Below are positions 43,001 to 49,591 of a stretch of 49,591 bases of DNA, one piece after another. The stretch is taken from positions 1 to 49,591 of IMG/VR virus record IMGVR_UViG_3300037419_001569; one strand, 5' to 3'. The DNA is from a virus (lineage: Duplodnaviria > Caudoviricetes). Numbering within the stretch: position 1 is the first letter of the stretch; each line of letters begins with the position of its first letter. The notes beneath the pieces were generated by a model. That model was not told the origin of the DNA. It ran no database searches and saw only the letters and a list, made by a program, of their open reading frames with translations. The position numbers and the translations under genes were made by a program.

Positions 43001-43170
43001 AACACGACTGGCAGGACATGCCGCCTACCAATTTCCTTGCGCTTCCCGTTCGGCGATGCCGCAACTGCGGTGCTGAGCAGAGTAAGCAAGTCGCACACCG
43101 GTGGATGCGTGTCATTGGCTACCGTTGGCGCCCATTGGTTGGTCGCTGCAAGGGCGCGGAGGCCGCATAG
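42997..43170 (+). CDS. small Zn-ribbon protein
   Basis: MKHDW...RCRNCG; ATGA coupling. Confidence 0.55.
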   Translation: MKHDWQDMPPTNFLALPVRRCRNCGAEQSKQVAHRWMRVIGYRWRPLVGRCKGAEAA

Positions 43171-43418
43171 TGGCCAGCCACCATCAGCTTACCCTCGCCC
43201 GCCCGAGAACGCTCGCGCATGTCCTGCTCGACCTGCGTGAGGCGCGGCGCGATCTCGACGACGCGCTCGCGGACGATGATCCAGACGCCGAGGACCGCGC
43301 AACCGAGGCCGACAATCGCATCGACACGCTGCGCGACGAATTCGAGCGGCAGCTGAAGGTCGCGACGGGGCTTAGCGTCGAGCAGGTGCGCGATGCGTAT
43401 TCGCAGGCCCTCCTATGA
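43170..43418 (+). CDS. small acidic helical protein
   Basis: GGAGG SD, TAGTG coupling. Confidence 0.55.
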   Translation: MASHHQLTLARPRTLAHVLLDLREARRDLDDALADDDPDAEDRATEADNRIDTLRDEFERQLKVATGLSVEQVRDAYSQALL

Positions 43419-43912
43419 CAATGACCCGGTCAGAAATAGGGCGGAAAGGGGCGCTTGCGCTTTGGGCGAAGAAGCGACTGCCTCTCAAGGAGCGGTTTTG
43501 GGCAAAGGTGGAAAAGCGCGGCGCAGATGATTGCTGGCCCTGGCTTGGGTACGTCCACCACAAAACCGGATACGGCCAATTCGCTGTCGCCGCCTGCAAG
43601 AATAGGGGTGCTCATCGTGTAGCGTGGGAACTCACCAGCGGGCGCCATCTCTCACCGGCTGAGTTCGTCTGCCACCGCTGCGACAATCCGCTGTGCTGCA
43701 ATCCCAGGCATCTCTTTGTCGGGACGCACACGGACAACATGCGCGACATGTCGGCCAAGGGACGCGGTCGGCGCCAGAACGCCACGCATTGCATCAACGG
43801 CCATGCCTACGACGAGGCCAACACCTACAGGCACCGTGGCCACCCGTTTTGTCGTGCGTGCGGAAGAGCCGCGCAGAAGAGGTACCAATATCGCAAGAGG
43901 GCCGTCCTATGA
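43415..43912 (+). CDS. HNH homing endonuclease with C-terminal Zn finger
   Basis: RFWAKV..DDCWPW, AHRVAW, CHRCDNPLCCNPRHL, THCINGH...CRAC. Confidence 0.9.
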   Translation: MTMTRSEIGRKGALALWAKKRLPLKERFWAKVEKRGADDCWPWLGYVHHKTGYGQFAVAACKNRGAHRVAWELTSGRHLSPAEFVCHRCDNPLCCNPRHLFVGTHTDNMRDMSAKGRGRRQNATHCINGHAYDEANTYRHRGHPFCRACGRAAQKRYQYRKRAVL

Positions 43913-43934
43913 ACTTCGGCAAGAAGGACAAGCG

Positions 43935-44864
43935 GTGAACGCGCCCGATCGCAAGTCGGTCGACGACGCGCAGTTCCGCGCCAGCCACGTCGGCGCCTCG
44001 GAAGTCGCGGCCCTGTTCGGCTGCTCGCCGCACCTGACACATTTCGAGCTCTGGCATCGGAAGAAGGGCAACATCGCCACGCCGGCGTTCAACGTGCGCC
44101 ATGATGACGGCTTGCCCGACAATGAGCGCGTGCTCTGGGGAATCCGCCTTGAGAGCGCGATCATCGAAGAGGCCAAAGAGCGCTACGGCTACGTCGATCG
44201 CGAGCAGCTGGACCGGCTGAGCAACGGCAAGGGTCTCGGCGGGCATCCTGACCGGCGCGTGATCTGTCCCGAGCGCGGTCCCGGCATCATCGAGATTAAG
44301 ACGTGCGACTGGCTCGAACGCAAAAAGTGGGGCGACGAGCCTCCAAACCATTATCTCGTTCAGAGCCAGGCATACCAGGGGCTCGATCAGGTCGACTGGG
44401 GCGACGTCCTCGTCCTCGTCGGCGGCAACAAGCTTGAGCGCTTCCGCTATACGTTCCGGCCGAAGATCTACGCCGAGATCGAGCGGCGCGTCGAAGCCTT
44501 CTGGCAGAGCATCGCGGCAAACGAACCGCCGAAGCCGGATTATTCGCGAGACCTTGAGACCATCACGGAGCTGACGCGCGAGGGAACGGACGCGACGGTC
44601 GACCTCACCGCCGACAACCTCGCGCACGAAGCCGCGGCGGCGTTTCTCTTCGCCCAGGAAGCGAGGAAGGGCGCACAGGCGAAGGAGGACGCCGCCAAGG
44701 CCGAACTGCTCGACAAGCTCGGAACCGCATCTGTCGGGCTGCTGAACGGCTTCACGGTGCGCGCGATCGCGGTCGCTGCCGTGCCGGACCGTCCCGCTCA
44801 GCCCGGCGAGATCATCAAGGGGCGCAAGCCCTACCGCAGGCTTTCAGTGAAGGAGCTTACCTAA
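43935..44864 (+). CDS. YqaJ-like (lambda Exo family) exonuclease
   Basis: VGASEVAAL, WGIRLE, HPDR, IEIKT, YLVQSQ; start reassigned to GTG 43935. Confidence 0.9.
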   Translation: MNAPDRKSVDDAQFRASHVGASEVAALFGCSPHLTHFELWHRKKGNIATPAFNVRHDDGLPDNERVLWGIRLESAIIEEAKERYGYVDREQLDRLSNGKGLGGHPDRRVICPERGPGIIEIKTCDWLERKKWGDEPPNHYLVQSQAYQGLDQVDWGDVLVLVGGNKLERFRYTFRPKIYAEIERRVEAFWQSIAANEPPKPDYSRDLETITELTREGTDATVDLTADNLAHEAAAAFLFAQEARKGAQAKEDAAKAELLDKLGTASVGLLNGFTVRAIAVAAVPDRPAQPGEIIKGRKPYRRLSVKELT

Positions 44865-45367
44865 TGGGCCTCGATGTTTCATGGTATCGCCGCGTCAAGC
44901 TGGAACCTGACGCCGAACTGGACGAGGATGGTTCTCCGGTAGATTGGCTTAACCTCGTCCGCGTCGACGAGCCTGTGAGCTTCCCTGAACGATGCGCCGA
45001 CATTGCGCCAGGCATCTATTCGAGCGCCGACCACGGCAGCTTCAGGGCGGGCAGCTACAGCGGCTACAATCAATGGCGCGAAGAACTGGCTGAACTGGCT
45101 GGCTACCCTGCGTTGGTGATCGCTGGCGGCGGCAAAGAGCATTCGCATGGTGCATGGCAAGCTGACAGCGGCCCGTTCTTTGAGCTCATCAACTTCAGCG
45201 ATTGCGAGGGCGTGATCGGAACGGCGGTGAGCGCCAAGCTCGCCAAAGACTTCGCCGACAACCAGACCAAGGCCGATGAGGTCGGCGGCTATTTCGCAGA
45301 GCAATATGCGCGGTGGCGCAACGCCTTCGAGCAAGCCGCTCAGGGCGGTTTCGTGGACTTTCACTAA
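44864..45367 (+). CDS. conserved phage hypothetical protein
   Basis: MGLDV start, FRAGSYSGYNQWR, FSDCEG; TAATG coupling. Confidence 0.7.
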   Translation: MGLDVSWYRRVKLEPDAELDEDGSPVDWLNLVRVDEPVSFPERCADIAPGIYSSADHGSFRAGSYSGYNQWREELAELAGYPALVIAGGGKEHSHGAWQADSGPFFELINFSDCEGVIGTAVSAKLAKDFADNQTKADEVGGYFAEQYARWRNAFEQAAQGGFVDFH

Positions 45368-45381
45368 GGAGCATAAAAACA

Positions 45382-46485
45382 ATGGCCACCCAACTTGCTG
45401 AGCGCTCAGCCGATCCTGTAGCAGTTTTCCGTCAGACGCTGACGACGCCCGCATTCCGCGAACAGCTGAAAATGGCGCTCCCCGATCATATTCCTGTCGA
45501 TCGCTTCATTCGCGTGGCCGTCACCGCCGTTCAGCAGACGCCCGACCTGCTTACCAAGGCTGATCGTCGGTCGCTATTCGGCGCGCTCACCAAGGCGGCG
45601 CAGAGCGGTCTTCTGCCCGACGGCGAAGAAGGTGTGATGGTCGTCTATAACGGCAAGGTTCAATGGCAGCCGATGGTGCGCGGCATTCAAAAGAAGGTCC
45701 GCAACTCGGGTGAGATCGCCTCGTGGGACGCCGTTGCCGTTTTCGAGAAAGACAAGTTCCAGCGGCTGCTCGGCGACGACATGCGGATCTATCACGAGCC
45801 TTACGACGAGGGCGATCCTGGCGAGGTCGTCGGCGCCTACTCGATAGTGACGTTCCGCGACGGGACGAAGAGCAAGGATTACATGCCGCGCTGGCGCATC
45901 GAACGCGCACGCCAGCAGAGCCGCGCACCCAACAGCCTCATGTGGACAAAGTTCTACGACGAGGGCGCGGTTAAGACCGTGATGCGCCGACACGCGAAGA
46001 GGCTCCCGCAATCCACAGACCTTGAGGTCGTTTTCTCGAATGACGACACAATACGCGATCACGGTCGGCCAGAGCCAGACGCGGAGACGCCGACAGAAAT
46101 CACGCCCGAGCCTTCGCCGCCGGTCTCGCGCCTCGACGCCCTCGAGCACCACATCCAAGCCGAGCGCGGTCCCGATCCCGACGAGGCCCAGGCCGAGGAA
46201 GTAATCGAGGAGCAGGCCGAAGAGCTTGAGGCCGAGATCGAACAGCCCGCCGTCAACGACGAGCATCCCGGCAAGGCGATTGCGGACGCGATCATCGCGG
46301 AGATCAATTCGCCCGAGAACAACGCCGTCATGGACATTGCCCGCGTGCTGACGAAGCACGAGCTCGACATCACTGCCTTGGCTGACGAGGACGCCGTGCG
46401 CGTTGAGGTCGCCGCCGACAAGAAGCGCAACGCGATCAGGGAAGAGCAGGCGAAGGCGAAGGGCAAACAGGAGCTGGCCGAATGA
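45382..46485 (+). CDS. recT: RecT-family single-strand annealing protein
   Basis: ALPDHI..DRF.R, GLLPDG, VVGAY, KTVMRRHAKRLP; acidic C-terminal extension. Confidence 0.9.
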   Translation: MATQLAERSADPVAVFRQTLTTPAFREQLKMALPDHIPVDRFIRVAVTAVQQTPDLLTKADRRSLFGALTKAAQSGLLPDGEEGVMVVYNGKVQWQPMVRGIQKKVRNSGEIASWDAVAVFEKDKFQRLLGDDMRIYHEPYDEGDPGEVVGAYSIVTFRDGTKSKDYMPRWRIERARQQSRAPNSLMWTKFYDEGAVKTVMRRHAKRLPQSTDLEVVFSNDDTIRDHGRPEPDAETPTEITPEPSPPVSRLDALEHHIQAERGPDPDEAQAEEVIEEQAEELEAEIEQPAVNDEHPGKAIADAIIAEINSPENNAVMDIARVLTKHELDITALADEDAVRVEVAADKKRNAIREEQAKAKGKQELAE

Positions 46486-46730
46486 AGCCGCGCTGCACCG
46501 TTTGCGACAGCACGGAGCACCTTCAGGACGGCTACGGCTCGGGCGGCCTGAACGACGTCTGCCTCGCGTGCTTCTATATTTGGTACGACGGCATCGGCCC
46601 CTGCGCGCGCCCCGAACATGGCCATCAGGTGCCTCACGTTCACGGCGAGGACATTCGGGAGTTCTGTCTGAAAGCGCGGAAAGAGGGAACATGGCCCTTC
46701 GACGGGCACCAGCTTCCGAGGGCAGCATGA
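46482..46730 (+). CDS. small Zn-finger protein
   Basis: CTVC...CLAC; ATGA coupling. Confidence 0.6.
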   Translation: MKPRCTVCDSTEHLQDGYGSGGLNDVCLACFYIWYDGIGPCARPEHGHQVPHVHGEDIREFCLKARKEGTWPFDGHQLPRAA

Positions 46731-46930
46731 CCCGCCTCGCGATCGTCGCCGCGCCCGCCGAGCTCAGCCCCGCCGAAGCGCTGGCCGATATCGTGCCGAA
46801 GCTCATTGCCGCCGAGGCCGAGGTCGCGCGCCTCACGCGGCTGATGAACGCGGAGCGCAAGAGGCTGGCCCAGGAGAGGCGGGTCGCGTTTGTGAGGGAA
46901 GAGCATGTGAGGCGGGAGTTTGGGCGGTGA
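46727..46930 (+). CDS. small coiled-coil protein
   Basis: MTRLAIVAAPAEL...; ATGA/GTGA couplings. Confidence 0.6.
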   Translation: MTRLAIVAAPAELSPAEALADIVPKLIAAEAEVARLTRLMNAERKRLAQERRVAFVREEHVRREFGR

Positions 46931-47169
46931 GTGACACTGGGGGAATCGACAAGAGTTGCTTCGCCACGCTCGGCGTTCGCCTGGACCGCTGGTGCATTTG
47001 GTCAAAGCACGGTCGCCGGCCCTGCTATTGGCATCCAACGCAAGAGGGTGCGGAGCGCGAAGCTCGTCGGCTAGCTGGCAAATTCCCGAAGCAGAAGTTC
47101 ATCGTGCTTCACGCCGTGTCGAAGTTCGGCACGGAGCCAGCAACGAAACCTGAAGCCGACAATGGCTGA
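46927..47169 (+). CDS. hypothetical protein
   Basis: H.T.E.AEREARRLA..P..KF.VL pattern common in phage small proteins. Confidence 0.6.
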   Translation: MSDTGGIDKSCFATLGVRLDRWCIWSKHGRRPCYWHPTQEGAEREARRLAGKFPKQKFIVLHAVSKFGTEPATKPEADNG

Positions 47170-47953
47170 GAACGGGCGAGCGGTGAACGGCGACTTCCAT
47201 GTGATCCGTATGGATAACCTGTTTCATGTCGTCTTTCGGCCGGACAGTGATCCCGAGTGGTTCAGGATCATCGCCACGTTCTACACCTACGAGCGGGCCT
47301 ATTCCTATTGTGACGTCGAACGCGTGAGCGTGTGGACTTGGACTAATAGCGAGGGCGAAGTCGACGCCGAAAGCTATACAGGCGAAGAGGAAATGAAGGG
47401 CCTTCGGATGCCGCCCATCCATCTGGAATTGCCAGAGGGGGGGATGGCTACGCGTAGCGGAGTGGCTGAGCTAGTTCGGGGCGTTTACGATGGCGGCGAG
47501 CATGTCGGGCCTCATCCTGACGAGGATTTCAGCGAGCATCCGAACGAAGATGAGGCTCCAAAGGACTTTCACGCGCGGCAAGCCGAGAAAGCGGTAGCGG
47601 ATACGCCTGAACAGCCAACCTGCATCGATTGCGGAGCGCCGCGATCACCGGGATCGGCCTCACGCTGCCGCAAGTGCTACCAGAACAAGCCGCTGGAAGA
47701 GGGCGACCTCACGAAAAACCAAGAGAAGGTGCTGGAATTCTTCTTAGCGAAGGCAAACCCGCTGCGCCTCGTGAGCGCGAATTATCGCCAGATTGCTGAT
47801 GGTGCCGGGATTGTCAAAGCCAGCGCGAGTGGAGTTGTGGAGTCGCTGGAACGGCGCGGTCTGATAGAAATCGTAGAGCGCGGCAAGCCAGGGCGCGAAT
47901 GTGTGTTCAGGCTCGTCCCCGATAAGATCATGGAACTTGGAGCGCCCGCATGA
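47162..47953 (+). CDS. multi-domain protein: acidic N-term, C4 Zn finger, C-terminal winged HTH
   Basis: CIDC...CRKC; LTKNQEKVLEF...YRQIADGAGI...LERRGLIE. Confidence 0.7.
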   Translation: MAENGRAVNGDFHVIRMDNLFHVVFRPDSDPEWFRIIATFYTYERAYSYCDVERVSVWTWTNSEGEVDAESYTGEEEMKGLRMPPIHLELPEGGMATRSGVAELVRGVYDGGEHVGPHPDEDFSEHPNEDEAPKDFHARQAEKAVADTPEQPTCIDCGAPRSPGSASRCRKCYQNKPLEEGDLTKNQEKVLEFFLAKANPLRLVSANYRQIADGAGIVKASASGVVESLERRGLIEIVERGKPGRECVFRLVPDKIMELGAPA

Positions 47954-48213
47954 AGCCCGAGCGCATCGCCTCGATGCCAGACTGGCCGGCGCGCATGGAC
48001 GACGACATGGCCGCGCTCTACCTCGGCGTCGGCGTGACCACCTTCCGCGAGAAGGTGAAGGCGAAGACTTATCCACAGCCTGTTCAGGAGGGTGCGCGGC
48101 GCCTCTGGAGCCGCCAGCAACTCGACCGCTTCATCGCCGCCCAGTTCGGCTTGCCCGTTGACGCCGCCCTCGGCGAAGGCGCAAGCGGCAACTCGTGGGA
48201 CGACTTAACGTGA
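47950..48213 (+). CDS. xis: excisionase / AlpA-like recombination directionality factor
   Basis: WPARM...AALYLGVG..TF...YPQP...RRLWSRQQLD; overlaps integrase. Confidence 0.8.
   Translation: MKPERIASMPDWPARMDDDMAALYLGVGVTTFREKVKAKTYPQPVQEGARRLWSRQQLDRFIAAQFGLPVDAALGEGASGNSWDDLT
48069..48077. promoter_or_regulatory. perfect DnaA box TTATCCACA within xis, upstream of integrase
   Basis: Direct sequence match. Confidence 0.35.
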
Positions 48214-49265
48214 CCGGAGTCTGCCAGAAGGGCGGCTCGACCTATCGCCGGTTTAAGATCAAGGGCGCGGACGGCAAGTGGCGCGACCAATATGTGAAGC
48301 TTCCTGATCCGTCCGATCCGCGCTTTGCCGAAGAGCTCGCTAGGGTGAACACGAAGCAGCCGGTTCGCCAGCGCGCGGCATACGGGACGATGGCGGGCCT
48401 TGTCGCCGAGCTGCGCATCGTGCTTTCGAAGCGCAAAATGGCCGACGCCACGCGGGCCGACTGGAATTACTATCTCGGCCTCATCGAAGAGCAGCACGGA
48501 CGCCGCCTGGTCGCGCAGCTTGAACGCCACCATTGCTACAAGATCCGCAACGGCATGGCTGAGACGCCGGGCAAGGCGAACGTCTACATGGCGAAGCTGA
48601 AGGGGCTGCTCGAGTTCGCCAGCGAGATCGGGTGGATCAGGGACAATCCGGCGAAAGGCATCCCGCTATTCGAGGTCGGCGAACATTCGCCGTGGCCGCG
48701 CGAGGTGCTTGCCGAAGCGCTTGCCGCGGCGGGACCGATGGACCGGCTTATCATCATTACGGGCCTCTGCTCGGGCCAGCGCGCGAGCGATGCGATCCGC
48801 ATCCCGCGCAAGTTCGACGGCGGCATGATTCAGCTTCGCAGCAAGAAGACGGACCAGCCGGCCGCAATCGTGATGCATCCCATGTGGCGCGCGGAGATCG
48901 ATCGCACGGAAGCCAAGGCGGTGACCGTGCTCTACGATCATTTCGGGCGCCCGTTCACCGATCCCAAGACGATCCAGGCGCGCATTCGCCGACTGATGAA
49001 GCGGCTCGGCTATGTCGATGAACGCGGCGCTCCGCTCTACTCCTTCCATGGGCTCAGCAAGAACGCGATCTGCTACCTGACGGAGCTTGGGCTTGACGAA
49101 GGAACGATCGGCGCGCTCGTCGGAAAGACGGCCGAGACGGTGCGGCACTATGCCAAGGAAGCGCGGCTGTGGATGCTGGCTGAGCGCGCAGCCGGGACGG
49201 TCATCGCGGGCCGGATTGAACGGCTTGTGGGAAAATCGACCGCTTCATGTGGGAAAGCCGACTGA
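48195..49265 (+). CDS. int: tyrosine recombinase / integrase with non-canonical HGLSK motif
   Basis: DNPA, SGQRASDA (R-I), SKKT (K), FHGLSKNA, RHY (Tyr); adjacent attP; alternative start GTG 48210. Confidence 0.9.
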   Translation: MGRLNVTGVCQKGGSTYRRFKIKGADGKWRDQYVKLPDPSDPRFAEELARVNTKQPVRQRAAYGTMAGLVAELRIVLSKRKMADATRADWNYYLGLIEEQHGRRLVAQLERHHCYKIRNGMAETPGKANVYMAKLKGLLEFASEIGWIRDNPAKGIPLFEVGEHSPWPREVLAEALAAAGPMDRLIIITGLCSGQRASDAIRIPRKFDGGMIQLRSKKTDQPAAIVMHPMWRAEIDRTEAKAVTVLYDHFGRPFTDPKTIQARIRRLMKRLGYVDERGAPLYSFHGLSKNAICYLTELGLDEGTIGALVGKTAETVRHYAKEARLWMLAERAAGTVIAGRIERLVGKSTASCGKAD

Positions 49266-49434
49266 TGTTCCACGTGGAAAAGCAAGCGTTTTCAAGGGCT
49301 GGTGACCCCAACGGGACTCGAACCCGTGTTTTCGCCGTGAAGCAGATTTTCCCCTTAGATTTCAACGCTCCTTCCCACAAATCAGCCGGGAAGCGTGCCG
49401 TGCAAAATCAATGGCTTGCGGACCATGTGGGAAA
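49226..49434. repeat. attP arm-type repeats TGTGGGAA(A) and IHF-like site
   Basis: Copies at 49226, 49248, 49426 and inverted at 49372; AATCAATGGCTTG (49406-49418) fits WATCAANNNNTTR. Confidence 0.7.
49300..49341 (-). mobile_element. attP core: 3' half of tRNA-Glu(UUC) including T-arm and CCA
   Basis: Reverse complement TTCACGGCGAAAACACGGGTTCGAGTCCCGTTGGGGTCACCA; tRNA similarity stops at the anticodon; no 5' half. Confidence 0.9.
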
Positions 49435-49470
49435 ATTCCGCGCCCAACCACAGGGATGATCGGGGGTCAT

Positions 49471-49591
49471 ATGAGTGAACTGCTACCGTGTCCGATGTCG
49501 GTGTTCGAATGGCTGCCAGAGCATCGGCTATACGTCGCGTCGGGTCTACAGAATAGGCGGGGAGCGCCAACCGAGTTCGCGGCGGGCTGTC
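49471..49591 (+). CDS. Lar-family restriction alleviation protein, 5' part (continues at 13..110 across the circular join)
   Basis: Joined ORF: MSELLPCPMSVFEW...AAGCRDCDIFTDQYRTREEAIAAWNTRAKPQEGSHG*. LLPCP start and EAIAAWNTRA end are Lar hallmarks. Confidence 0.75.
   Translation, partial: MSELLPCPMSVFEWLPEHRLYVASGLQNRRGAPTEFAAGC
49580..49591. repeat. 12-bp terminal overlap (CGGCGGGCTGTC) identical to positions 1-12; circular genome
   Basis: Exact match of both ends; merging them restores a continuous Lar-like reading frame. Confidence 0.9.

Noticed and set aside
19330-46860. Long antisense/alternate-frame ORFs (e.g. 19330-20058, 20314-21363, 30429-31562, 32716-33693, 45574-46860)
   Set aside because: Shadow ORFs of well-supported genes in high-GC DNA; no motifs
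49300-49341. Functional tRNA gene
   Set aside because: Only anticodon-to-CCA half present; no D-arm or 5' acceptor strand; explained as attP core
1-49591. Stop-codon reassignment or introns/inteins
   Set aside because: Core genes (terL, portal, MCP, TMP, helicase) are intact and of ordinary length in the standard bacterial code

Overview
The window is a complete, circularly permuted ~49.58 kb temperate siphovirus genome with an HK97-type head and lambdoid regulation. The host is probably an alphaproteobacterium, inferred from the GapR/DUF2312 gene and tail gene types. The last 12 nt repeat the first 12 nt, and a Lar-family gene reads in frame across the join. The minus strand carries cro, a cII-like gene, DNA-modification and replication genes (MT-A70, DnaA-CTD, GapR, RusA, Dam-like, GNAT, Mom/XF1762-like, AAA_25 helicase, iteron cluster). 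It continues with a Q-position regulator, HNH-cos-terminase, protease, capsid, portal, head/neck fibre genes, a long non-contractile tail, a lysis cassette and a secreted DUF1996 moron. The plus strand carries cI, early-left genes (HNH, YqaJ, RecT, xis, tyrosine integrase) and an intact attP with a tRNA-Glu 3' core. The most unusual parts are: (1) a methyltransferase/ParB-like/methyltransferase/glycosyltransferase cassette between capsid and portal, a candidate virion glycosylation system; (2) a divergent HNH + RHH + unknown gene-pair element inserted in that cassette; (3) tail chaperones G and GT encoded as two separate genes rather than by frameshift; (4) perfect DnaA boxes at cII and inside xis in a phage encoding a stand-alone DnaA DNA-binding domain; (5) an integrase with HGLSK in place of HGLRK. 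All family calls are from motif recognition by eye; no searches were run.
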